A stretch of DNA of 64,000 nucleotides from Eubacteriales bacterium (GTDB lineage: Bacteria; Bacillota; Clostridia; Oscillospirales; Butyricicoccaceae): assembly GCA_030523305.1 (NCBI GenBank), contig JAUNIY010000002.1, forward strand, positions 2-64,001. The letters run 5' to 3'. Of the stretch, positions 56,312 to 64,000 are shown one piece after another. Each line of letters starts with the position of its first letter. Positions within the stretch are counted from its first letter, which is position 1. Both the position numbers and the translations under genes were made by a program. The notes below the pieces were generated by a model. The model saw only the letters and a list, made by a program, of their open reading frames with translations. It had not been told where the DNA came from and ran no database searches.

Positions 56312-57458
56312 CCTCTTCCTCCACTCTGCAACAGATGTCCTGCAGCATACCCAGCTGCCATTCCGTCAAATCCTTTCCGTTTTGCTCGGCAAAAAACTGC
56401 ATGAACAGCTCTGCGGGCGTCAGCTGCTTTGCCGCCTCCTCCCGCTGTAGGCCCTCCGCATCGTCGCTCCGGGTGCGGGCGTTGTCAAAATCCAGCCGCA
56501 TCAGGTTGGGGTAAACCGCTTTCAGCGCGCCCTGCGGATCATATAGCTCCTCTTCATCCGTTAAGATGACACGGATATAATCCTCGCAGTCGCCCGCCTG
56601 TACGGTCTGCTCAGACAGCACGTCTTCCAGACTCCCGCGGATCTCCCGCAGATCATGCCGCGGCTGCAATGGCAGCAACACAATGTCCGGTTCGCCTTCG
56701 GCATGGATGGTGACCAACGGTACAGATTTGGGATAGCGCGCTTCAGAAAACGAATATTTCAGCGGCGAACCGGCATACCGCACACACGCCCGCCCAAGCT
56801 GCTGCGGACGATGGATATGCCCCAACGCCGTGTAATCATACCGTTCAAACAACGCGGCATCTACGGCGTCCACGCCGCCGACCGGGATGATCTCCGACTC
56901 GGACTGCGCCGGAAGCTCGCCACCCACCGTTACAAAGGTATGGGCAAGCAGCACATGTCTGGCATCCTTCTCCCAGTCGGCTTGATCCAGCGCCGCCTGT
57001 ACGGCGCATTGCTGGGTGCTTTTTTCCAGATGCAGCTTTTCCTTTAGCTCCATTGGATGCAGCCATGGAAGCAGATGGAACTGCACGCGGCAGCCCGTCG
57101 CATCGCAAAGCGTAACCGATTGCAATACGCCGTCAAAGCTTCCCGCCAGATGCATCCCCTGTTGCGCCAACAGCGTCCGTCCAAAATCCAGCCGCTCCCC
57201 GGAATCATGATTGCCGCTGATCGCAAGCACTGCAATCTCTTGCGCACACAGTGCAGTAAAAAAGCTGTCAAACAGACTGACAGCTTCCCCAGGCGGCACA
57301 GCTTTGTCATAAATATCGCCCGCGATTACTACGGCATCTACCTGCTGTTCGCTTGCCATCTGTACAATCTGCCCCAAGATAACGCGTTGATCCTCCAGCA
57401 TCGAATAGCCATATACCCGCTTGCCGAGATGCAGATCACCAAGATGTAAAAATTTCAT
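56298..57458 (-). CDS. sbcD: SbcD nuclease
   Basis: HLGDLHLG, IAGDIYD, SGNHDS, ALGHIH, YAGSPLKYSFSE. Confidence 0.96.
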   Translation of the reverse strand: MKFLHLGDLHLGKRVYGYSMLEDQRVILGQIVQMASEQQVDAVVIAGDIYDKAVPPGEAVSLFDSFFTALCAQEIAVLAISGNHDSGERLDFGRTLLAQQGMHLAGSFDGVLQSVTLCDATGCRVQFHLLPWLHPMELKEKLHLEKSTQQCAVQAALDQADWEKDARHVLLAHTFVTVGGELPAQSESEIIPVGGVDAVDAALFERYDYTALGHIHRPQQLGRACVRYAGSPLKYSFSEARYPKSVPLVTIHAEGEPDIVLLPLQPRHDLREIRGSLEDVLSEQTVQAGDCEDYIRVILTDEEELYDPQGALKAVYPNLMRLDFDNARTRSDDAEGLQREEAAKQLTPAELFMQFFAEQNGKDLTEWQLGMLQDICCRVEEEDEAD

Positions 57459-57555
57459 TGCAATCCCTCATGCAAACCACAAAATCTATCTTAAATATCG
57501 TTAATATCGTTTTATTTTCTGCCGTCGTGCCATTTACCCAGATGGTAGAATCCCA

Positions 57556-58407
57556 TCACAATGGATGGAATATGGGCTGCATGTTCTCGAACGTACAGAT
57601 AGAAGAAAATCCAAGCGACTTGATCTCTTCCAAGGTTTCCTCCACATAAGCTGCAAGATACTCCGGCTTATGCGCATCGCTGCCTATGGTCAGTATCGTT
57701 CCGCCAAGCTCCCGATAGAGCTTCAAAATATCTCTTGACGGCGTCAAATCGGAAAGCCCATATCGATGACTGGATGTATTGACTTCGATCCCTTTTCCAT
57801 CGCGTATCGCCTGCCGCAGGATTTCGGCAACGATGTCCCGCACCTTTTCAAACGGATAGAGCCCCGCCGGGTCATAGCGGGTAATCATATCCAAATGTCC
57901 CAACACACTATAATCCTTATATTGCCGGACAACATGAAGGATTTCTTCATAATACCGCCGGTTGTATTCCTCCTGTGTTCTCCCTTTTTGAAAATCCTGC
58001 CTCCAAAATTCCTGATCGTCTACCTGATGACAAGACAAAATGATACAATCAAACGGATAGGACGCGAACAGTTTTCGGTACTGGGGTATGGTATGTACCT
58101 GCATGCCAAATTCCATTCCTTCCCGTATGACAATCTGCCCCGCGTATTTTGTCTGCATCCGGCCGATCTCCGCATGATAAGCAGGATATTTCACATTCAT
58201 GACAGGTAGCTTCGCTTTGTCCTCCGGGTGATAGGATATCGATTGATCCTCCCAGTCTTTTTTGATGCCATAGTCCACATGGTCGGTAATGCAAATTTCC
58301 GAAAGGCCCATTGCAATCGCATCTTGGACAAGCTGTTCCATGGGATAATCGGAATCGTCGCTATAATATGTATGTAAATGGTAATCCGTCATATATCTCT
58401 GTGCCAT
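57556..58407 (-). CDS. PHP-family phosphatase (HisJ histidinol-phosphatase type)
   Basis: DYHLHT, ITDH, GMEFG, SCH, GHLD, EVNTS, GSDAH. Confidence 0.9.
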   Translation of the reverse strand: MAQRYMTDYHLHTYYSDDSDYPMEQLVQDAIAMGLSEICITDHVDYGIKKDWEDQSISYHPEDKAKLPVMNVKYPAYHAEIGRMQTKYAGQIVIREGMEFGMQVHTIPQYRKLFASYPFDCIILSCHQVDDQEFWRQDFQKGRTQEEYNRRYYEEILHVVRQYKDYSVLGHLDMITRYDPAGLYPFEKVRDIVAEILRQAIRDGKGIEVNTSSHRYGLSDLTPSRDILKLYRELGGTILTIGSDAHKPEYLAAYVEETLEEIKSLGFSSICTFENMQPIFHPL

Positions 58408-58534
58408 CTGCAACGTCCTCCCTTACGGTTCATTCTGTTGTTACGATATTACTATTATATTTCAAGGGGCAGGCTTTGTCCATATGAATTGCCGCAAAGC
58501 ACATCGCCGGATTCCGCCAAGGAGAAGCGAGGAA

Positions 58535-58591
58535 AAATACAACCTCATCCCACCCAAACGCAAGGTTTTCGGCAGAATGAGGTTGTTTTTT
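58535..58591. terminator. Terminator-like hairpin after the HIT gene
   Basis: AAAAATACAACCTCAT...ATGAGGTTGTTTTTT. Confidence 0.6.
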
Positions 58592-58621
58592 ACGAGTCAA
58601 TCAGTGGACAAGACGTTCTGA

Positions 58622-59056
58622 TCAATCTTCCGTGATGTGCAGCTCTTCCTTCAGCTGCGCCATCATATCGTCGTATTCTTCTTGTGTCAGATATACCGGA
58701 TTGGGGTTGGTGATTTCAAAACCGCCGCCAAATTCAAAACCGCCTTCATACTTCGGCACAATATGGAAATGTATATGCGGCAGCTTGTCGCCAAATGCAC
58801 CTACGTTGACCTTGGTGCAGCCCCACAGCTTCTTGACCGCTGCGGCAACATCGGAAACATCGTCCATATACGCGTAGCGCTGTTCCGGAGTAAGGTCGGA
58901 AAGCTCCGACAGATGCTCGTCCATCGCTACCACGCAACGGCCCTTGTGCGCCTGATCTTTAAACAGGTACAGAACGCTTTTTCTCAACTTTCCAACGCGG
59001 AACATAATTGCCTTGCGGCCCTCATGATCCGGATTACAATAAAAACAATTGTCCAT
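58622..59056 (-). CDS. HIT family nucleotide hydrolase
   Basis: CFYC, GRCVV..HLSE, LPHIHFHIVP (HxHxH). Confidence 0.9.
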   Translation of the reverse strand: MDNCFYCNPDHEGRKAIMFRVGKLRKSVLYLFKDQAHKGRCVVAMDEHLSELSDLTPEQRYAYMDDVSDVAAAVKKLWGCTKVNVGAFGDKLPHIHFHIVPKYEGGFEFGGGFEITNPNPVYLTQEEYDDMMAQLKEELHITED

Positions 59057-59153
59057 CGGTATCGTCTCCTTCATCCTGATGTCTTGGATTCCCTCTGCAT
59101 GTGGATATCCTGATACCATTAGTATACCGCAAATCGAACCATATTTCCAGACT

Positions 59154-60266
59154 TTACCCAAACGTTATGTAAAAATTTGTTTCCCATGCCGGGACATAGG
59201 GATGGTGCAGCATACCGATGCGCACATCGGGACACATGTCATGCAACAGCAGCGGCAATTCATATAGATCCTCGCTGCGATGGTAGGCGGACAACGCAAT
59301 CCTGGGGCGGTAGGTCTGGATGGTATGCCTGGCCCCTTCCAGTGCCATGCGCTCCGCGCCCTCCACATCCAGCTTGAGCAGCGTACATGGCGCACCGTCC
59401 AATACATGATCCACAGACTCGACGGGGATCGTAACCACGCGCCTGTCATGCGATACTGTATGCATCACAGGCGTCAAAACGGAATTGCGTCCCGCCTTTC
59501 CGGCAAACAGCATTTCACCCGGCTGATCCCATGCGCCTGCGTTCACCAATCGGATGCGCGCCAGCCCCACCTGTTCCACATATTTTTTCAGCTTTTTGAA
59601 GGTCTTTTTGTCTGGTTCCAATGCCGTAATTGATGCATACGTCCCATTGGTATACTGCAGCAGTTCGCGGATGGTGTCGCCGTTATATGCGCCGAGATCG
59701 ACAAAATGTTCTTGTCCATGCGGCTTGAGATAGCGCGCAAAGGCTTCCGCACGGCTGTCGGTATAGTCCCGCAGCCACTGCAGCTTTCCGCTCAGCTTAA
59801 AGTTTACCGTCGCAGCAAAAACGTCCCGGGAACGGTCATCTGCCAGCAGGCCATATGCCTGTTCCAGCTCCGCACGATGTGCCTGGACAAAATCCAGATC
59901 AAACAACGCGCCTTCCGCCACCGGGACATCTGGGGCATAGGTCGTATGTGTACGATCCAAATCGTCGAACAACGCCAATACCTCGGGCCTGCTGGACGCA
60001 AAAGCGATCACAGCCACAAAATCCCCCAGTTCTTGCTCCAGCTCGCACCGCCTTTTGACCGGATAACCGGCGAAGCTATGTCCGCGTACAAATTCATCCG
60101 AAGCAAAGATACCCGCGATAGGGATATTCCGCTGTTTGCACACACGCAGGATTTTTTCCGCGCCGTCTCCCATGCCATACAGGGCAATCGGGCGGGTTTC
60201 CTGCTGCAATACATCCCAAACGGATTGTGTTTCTACCACAAAATGCGGCAATTGATTCATTCCCAT
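59154..60266 (-). CDS. FkbM-family SAM-dependent methyltransferase with an N-terminal Rossmann-like domain
   Basis: LYGMGDGA N-terminal domain; FVDLGAYNGD, LEPD, LKLDVEGAE, LSAYH. Confidence 0.88.
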   Translation of the reverse strand: MGMNQLPHFVVETQSVWDVLQQETRPIALYGMGDGAEKILRVCKQRNIPIAGIFASDEFVRGHSFAGYPVKRRCELEQELGDFVAVIAFASSRPEVLALFDDLDRTHTTYAPDVPVAEGALFDLDFVQAHRAELEQAYGLLADDRSRDVFAATVNFKLSGKLQWLRDYTDSRAEAFARYLKPHGQEHFVDLGAYNGDTIRELLQYTNGTYASITALEPDKKTFKKLKKYVEQVGLARIRLVNAGAWDQPGEMLFAGKAGRNSVLTPVMHTVSHDRRVVTIPVESVDHVLDGAPCTLLKLDVEGAERMALEGARHTIQTYRPRIALSAYHRSEDLYELPLLLHDMCPDVRIGMLHHPYVPAWETNFYITFG

Positions 60267-60595
60267 GTTTTCCACACATCCGGGCAATACCCCACCGTCG
60301 CCTGTTTGCCGTTGCGGACAATGGGGGTTTTGAGCAGCTTCGGATTTTCCATCAGCTTTTCCTTTTTCGCATCGTCCGATGCCAGATACGGCAGCATAGC
60401 GGCGTCCGGATCCTTGGACTTTGGATCGATCATTGCATCCAGTCCGACCGCACGGCATACCGAAGTAAATTCCCCCTTGCTCATACCGTACCGCAGCAGA
60501 TCAATCGATTGATATTTCACACGGCGTTCTTTAAAATAGCGCTCTGCCTTTTTGGTGTCAAAGCATTTGCTTTTTCCAAAGATTTGAATGTTCAT
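60257..60595 (-). CDS. ArsC/Spx-family (thioredoxin-fold) protein
   Basis: IFGKSKCFDTKKAERYFKE, LMENPKLLKTPIV. Confidence 0.88.
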   Translation of the reverse strand: MNIQIFGKSKCFDTKKAERYFKERRVKYQSIDLLRYGMSKGEFTSVCRAVGLDAMIDPKSKDPDAAMLPYLASDDAKKEKLMENPKLLKTPIVRNGKQATVGYCPDVWKTWE

Positions 60596-60761
60596 CCTGA
60601 TTGCTCCCAAAAGTTATTTTCTTTATCTTATCATAGCTTCTGGCAAAAAACAACGTCCGCTGTATCGACAGATATGCTTGGATTGTCCTCTCTCAAAGGA
60701 CAATTGTTCAACTTGACGCACAGATTCCGCTATTTTTTCCTCATTTTATGAATCCTGTCCA

Positions 60762-60942
60762 TTGTTTTCCACCGCAATTGTGCGTATACTATAGGTGTAA
60801 TCAAGAAACAAACCGAGTTTCACCGGTTACAGGTTTTCTATAGCCTGCCACCGCACAGTTTTCCCATTCTGTGCTTTCATATATATCTCTCTTTACTGTA
60901 TGGCGCGTCGAGTTTTCCTACCAATCGACGCGCCGCTTTTCT
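60762..60942 (+). ncRNA. Candidate small RNA (promoter, ~145-nt ORF-less transcript, terminator)
   Basis: TTGTTT-17-TATACT at 60762-60790; internal hairpins; terminator GGCGCGTCGA/TCGACGCGCC plus T-run at 60902-60942. Confidence 0.4.
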
Positions 60943-61066
60943 GCCCTTTTTGTCCAAACAGGAATTGTTTTCCCGCGTGGTTTATGTTATTATATATGTG
61001 TATGCGCCTGCATATCGTTTGCGGCGCTTTTTGTTCGGAATAAATGCTGATCGGAGGTTTGTTCTT

Positions 61067-62665
61067 TTGTCAGATTTAAAATCAGAAATTACAAAGCGCC
61101 GCACGTTTGCGATTATCTCACATCCAGACGCCGGCAAAACAACCATAACAGAAAAATTCCTGCTGTATGGTGGAGCCATCCAGCTTGCAGGTACGGTAAA
61201 AGGCAAAAAAAATACCCGCCACGCCGTTTCCGACTGGATGGAGATTGAAAAACAGCGCGGTATTTCAGTCACCTCTTCTGTATTGCAGTTTGAATATGAC
61301 AACCATTGCATCAACATCCTGGATACGCCGGGACATCAGGACTTTTCGGAGGACACCTATCGCACGCTGATGGCAGCAGATTCCGCCATCATGGTCATCG
61401 ACGCATCCAAGGGCGTTGAGGCACAGACCCGCAAGCTGTTCAAGGTCTGCTCTATGCGCGGCATCCCGATTTTCACCTTCATCAACAAGATGGATCTGGA
61501 ATCCCGCGACCCGTACGATCTGCTGGACGAGCTGGAGAAAGAACTTGGCATTGATACCTATGCCGTCAACTGGCCGATCGGCTGCGGCAAGGAATTCAAA
61601 GGCGTATATGACCGCCAGAAAAATCATGTCATGGCGTTTGAAGCGGCTTCGGTTTCTGGCACCAAGGAGGCCAAGGCGACGGTTTATGCCACCGATGACC
61701 CGGCCCTGGAACCGATGGTCGGTGAACGGCTGTGGGAAACCCTGCAAGACGACATTGAGCTACTGAGCGGCGCAGGCGAGGAATTTGACATACAGCGCGT
61801 CCACGACGGAACGCTGTCCCCCGTTTTCTTTGGCTCCGCACTGACCAACTTCGGTGTCGAACCGTTTTTGCAGTATTTTTTGGAAATGACCCCGCCCCCG
61901 ACAGCCCGCCTGTCCCATGGCGAAGTCATCGACCCGTTTGACGAACATTTTTCTGCCTTTGTCTTTAAGATCCAGGCCAACATGAACAAAGCGCACCGCG
62001 ATCGCATCGCATTTATGCGTATCTGTTCTGGCAAATTTGAAAAAGGCATGGATGTATATCATGTGCAGGCCGGGAAAAAAATCCAGCTGGCACAGCCGCA
62101 GCAGATTATGGCGCAGGATCGTGCCATCATTGACGAAGCGTATGCCGGCGATATCATCGGTGTCTTTGACCCGGGTATTTTCTCCATCGGTGACACCGTC
62201 TGCACGCCGGGCTTTGACTGCAAATATTCGGGCATCCCGACGTTTGCCCCGGAAGTATTCTGCCGTGTGCGCCAGAAGGATACCATGAAGCGCAAGCAGT
62301 TCATCAAGGGTATGGAACAGATTGCGCAGGAAGGCGCCATCCAGATTTTCCAGGAACCGCACACCGGCATGGAAGAGGTCATTGTCGGCGTCGTCGGCAC
62401 CTTGCAGCTGGATGTATTGGAATACCGCCTGAAAAACGAATACCGCGTTGATATTGTCATGGAAAGCCTGCCATATCAATACCTGCGCTGGATTGAAAAC
62501 GAAGACGTACAGCCGGACGAGCTGAAAATTACCTCGGACAGCAAGGTTGTACAGGACTACCGCGGTCGGTATCTGCTGCTGTTCACCAGCATGTGGAACC
62601 TGAATTGGGCGCTGGACAAAAACGAAAACCTCCAGCTTTCTGAATTTGGCAAGGCTGAGGATTGA
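61067..62665 (+). CDS. prfC: Peptide chain release factor 3
   Basis: RRTFAIISHPDAGKTT, SDWMEIEKQRGISV, DTPGHQDF, FINKMD; TTG start after GGAGG. Confidence 0.97.
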   Translation: MSDLKSEITKRRTFAIISHPDAGKTTITEKFLLYGGAIQLAGTVKGKKNTRHAVSDWMEIEKQRGISVTSSVLQFEYDNHCINILDTPGHQDFSEDTYRTLMAADSAIMVIDASKGVEAQTRKLFKVCSMRGIPIFTFINKMDLESRDPYDLLDELEKELGIDTYAVNWPIGCGKEFKGVYDRQKNHVMAFEAASVSGTKEAKATVYATDDPALEPMVGERLWETLQDDIELLSGAGEEFDIQRVHDGTLSPVFFGSALTNFGVEPFLQYFLEMTPPPTARLSHGEVIDPFDEHFSAFVFKIQANMNKAHRDRIAFMRICSGKFEKGMDVYHVQAGKKIQLAQPQQIMAQDRAIIDEAYAGDIIGVFDPGIFSIGDTVCTPGFDCKYSGIPTFAPEVFCRVRQKDTMKRKQFIKGMEQIAQEGAIQIFQEPHTGMEEVIVGVVGTLQLDVLEYRLKNEYRVDIVMESLPYQYLRWIENEDVQPDELKITSDSKVVQDYRGRYLLLFTSMWNLNWALDKNENLQLSEFGKAED

Positions 62666-62675
62666 TAAAAAAATT

Positions 62676-62716
62676 GCCCGCAGAGCCAGGAATTTCTCCT
62701 GCCCTGTGGGCTTTTG
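62676..62716 (+). terminator. Terminator of prfC
   Basis: GCCCGCAG..CAGGA-atttc-TCCTG..CTGTGGGC-TTTT. Confidence 0.65.
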
Positions 62717-62740
62717 TATGCCTGCGGTGACAGGCGTACA

Positions 62741-62774
62741 AAAAGGCCGGTATTGCAACGTACAATACCGGCCT
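62741..62774 (-). terminator. Terminator of the second oxidoreductase
   Basis: AGGCCGGTATTG-7 nt-CAATACCGGCCT plus T-run on the minus strand. Confidence 0.75.
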
Positions 62775-62799
62775 CATATGCTTTATGCCAAATGATGGA

Positions 62800-63819
62800 T
62801 TACTCGCTCAGCGTCAGCATCTCGTTCTTCAGGAAGGACTCCTTGCAGCGGAATGCGATGTTGGTGGACTTGGTGCCGTCGTATACGTTCGGATTCGCCG
62901 GCTCGCCCTTTTCAACCTGTGCGCAGAAGTATTCCATTTCCTTGATGTAAGCGTCGTGCCAACGGGTTACGAAATCCTGGTAGCACTCACGGCAAACGCC
63001 ATGCTCGCTCATGACCTCAAGCAGGGAATCGGTCGGAACTGCGGAAATACGCAGGGTGCCGCGGGTACCGACGATTTCGGTTTCTACTGCGGAGCCATGT
63101 GCTGCTGCACGGCCTGCATAGAAAAATGCCATGGTCTCGTTCTCGTTCTGGATCAGGCAGGATACGTTGTCGCCGTCGTCCCAATCCTTGTACTGCTTGA
63201 ATTCGTAGCAGCCGCCGATTGCCCACAGGTTTCTCGGCTCGGATTCGGTCAGCCAACGGATCAGGTCGATATCATGGATGGACATATCGATGAACTGACC
63301 GCCAGAGCGCGGTGCGTACTCCAGCGTGCCCTGAATAATAGCGATCGGGTCCTGAGAATAGCAACGAACCAGTACGATATCGCCGATGTCGCCGCGCTTA
63401 ATCTTTTCCTTCGCGATTGCATAGGAATGATCGAAACGACGCATGAAGCCCAGCATAAAGATAAGATCCGGATGTGCTTCTACGATCTTCTCCGCCCTCT
63501 TGCACTTCTCAACAGTCTCAGCCAGCGGCTTCTCGCAGAATACATGCTTGCCTGCGTTCATAGCCAGCTCGATCATATCGACATGGGAATCCGTATTGGT
63601 AACGATTGCAACAGCTTCTACGTTCGGGTCGTTGCACAGGTCAGCCGGGTTCTCATACACTGCGGTAACGCCCAGCTCTTCCGCTACTTCCTTTGCGCGA
63701 GTGATGTTTTTATCGCTGATCGCAACCAGGTCGCAAGCCGGTACACGGTTTGCAATGTTACAAGCATGCTCATAGCCCAGACGTCCAATACCAATGATAC
63801 CAATCTTCAGCTTTTTCAT
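62800..63819 (-). CDS. Gfo/Idh/MocA oxidoreductase (inositol dehydrogenase, IolG-like)
   Basis: GIGRLG, GKHVFCEKP, GFMRRFD, GGQFIDMSIHD; directly downstream of iolE. Confidence 0.9.
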   Translation of the reverse strand: MKKLKIGIIGIGRLGYEHACNIANRVPACDLVAISDKNITRAKEVAEELGVTAVYENPADLCNDPNVEAVAIVTNTDSHVDMIELAMNAGKHVFCEKPLAETVEKCKRAEKIVEAHPDLIFMLGFMRRFDHSYAIAKEKIKRGDIGDIVLVRCYSQDPIAIIQGTLEYAPRSGGQFIDMSIHDIDLIRWLTESEPRNLWAIGGCYEFKQYKDWDDGDNVSCLIQNENETMAFFYAGRAAAHGSAVETEIVGTRGTLRISAVPTDSLLEVMSEHGVCRECYQDFVTRWHDAYIKEMEYFCAQVEKGEPANPNVYDGTKSTNIAFRCKESFLKNEMLTLSE

Positions 63820-63857
63820 AATGATACTCTCCTTTGTATGTTCTGTTCCGGCTTTTA

Positions 63858-64000
63858 TCAAAGCCCGGTATGTTCCTTTACATAAGCGCGCGCCATGCGT
63901 GCATACTCCAGCGGATTTGCAATGGCAGGATCCTGCTCTGCTTCGACAACCAGCCAGCCTTCGTAGTTGTACTCATCCAGCAGCTTGAATACGGTCGGGA
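63858..64000 (-). CDS. iolE: C-terminal end of myo-inosose-2 dehydratase (partial, right edge)
   Basis: Manual translation [46 protein letters not shown]; [13 protein letters not shown] is the IolE C-terminal signature. Confidence 0.85.
   Translation of the reverse strand, partial: PTVFKLLDEYNYEGWLVVEAEQDPAIANPLEYARMARAYVKEHTGL

Noticed and set aside
60794-60855. Purine riboswitch (AGTTTCACCGG resembles AGUUUCUACCGG)
   Set aside because: No P2 hairpin with the kissing loop and no purine-related downstream gene; kept only as an sRNA candidate.
63930-63970. Apparent frameshift in iolE at a CTGG tandem
   Set aside because: Re-reading shows GGC TGG CTG GTT GTC GAA, intact and in frame.
1-64000. 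CRISPR array, tRNA/rRNA, IS/transposase, integrase or prophage genes
   Set aside because: No regularly spaced repeats, RNA-gene signatures or mobile-element motifs were recognised.

Overview
64-kb chromosomal segment of a spore-forming clostridial Firmicute. The assignment (Oscillospirales-like gut anaerobe) is inferred from gene style, sigmaA promoters, GGAGG ribosome-binding sites, T-box/RAT elements and sporulation promoters. Left to right: (i) an AT-rich block with a truncated CPYC thioredoxin (not in the ORF track), a secreted protein, a DUF6120/HAAS-like membrane protein and a PadR regulator; (ii) ilvB-ilvN under a Val-specifier T-box, then ilvD; (iii) sporulation genes (DUF421/DUF4363, a DacB/F-type carboxypeptidase, a three-gene Cys/Pro-rich operon) mixed with housekeeping genes (HPr-like, mtaB, glyA-rarA, nth, coaX); (iv) a ~21-kb anaerobic-route cobalamin/tetrapyrrole operon directly behind rsmA, with no B12 riboswitch, no cbiK/cbiL/cobC, a CbiJ-SirC fusion and two complementary CobU paralogues; (v) a G5-3D cell-wall gene, a solitary DUF2971 gene, CNNM and AI-2E membrane proteins; (vi) a glucose-family PTS IICBA with a BglG antiterminator and two RATs; (vii) inositol-type dehydrogenases, LacI, sbcDC-trmO, a HisJ-like PHP, HIT, FkbM, ArsC-like, a candidate sRNA, prfC and the end of iolE. 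I found no tRNA, rRNA, CRISPR array, transposase or integrase. Family names come from motif recognition only; no database search was run.
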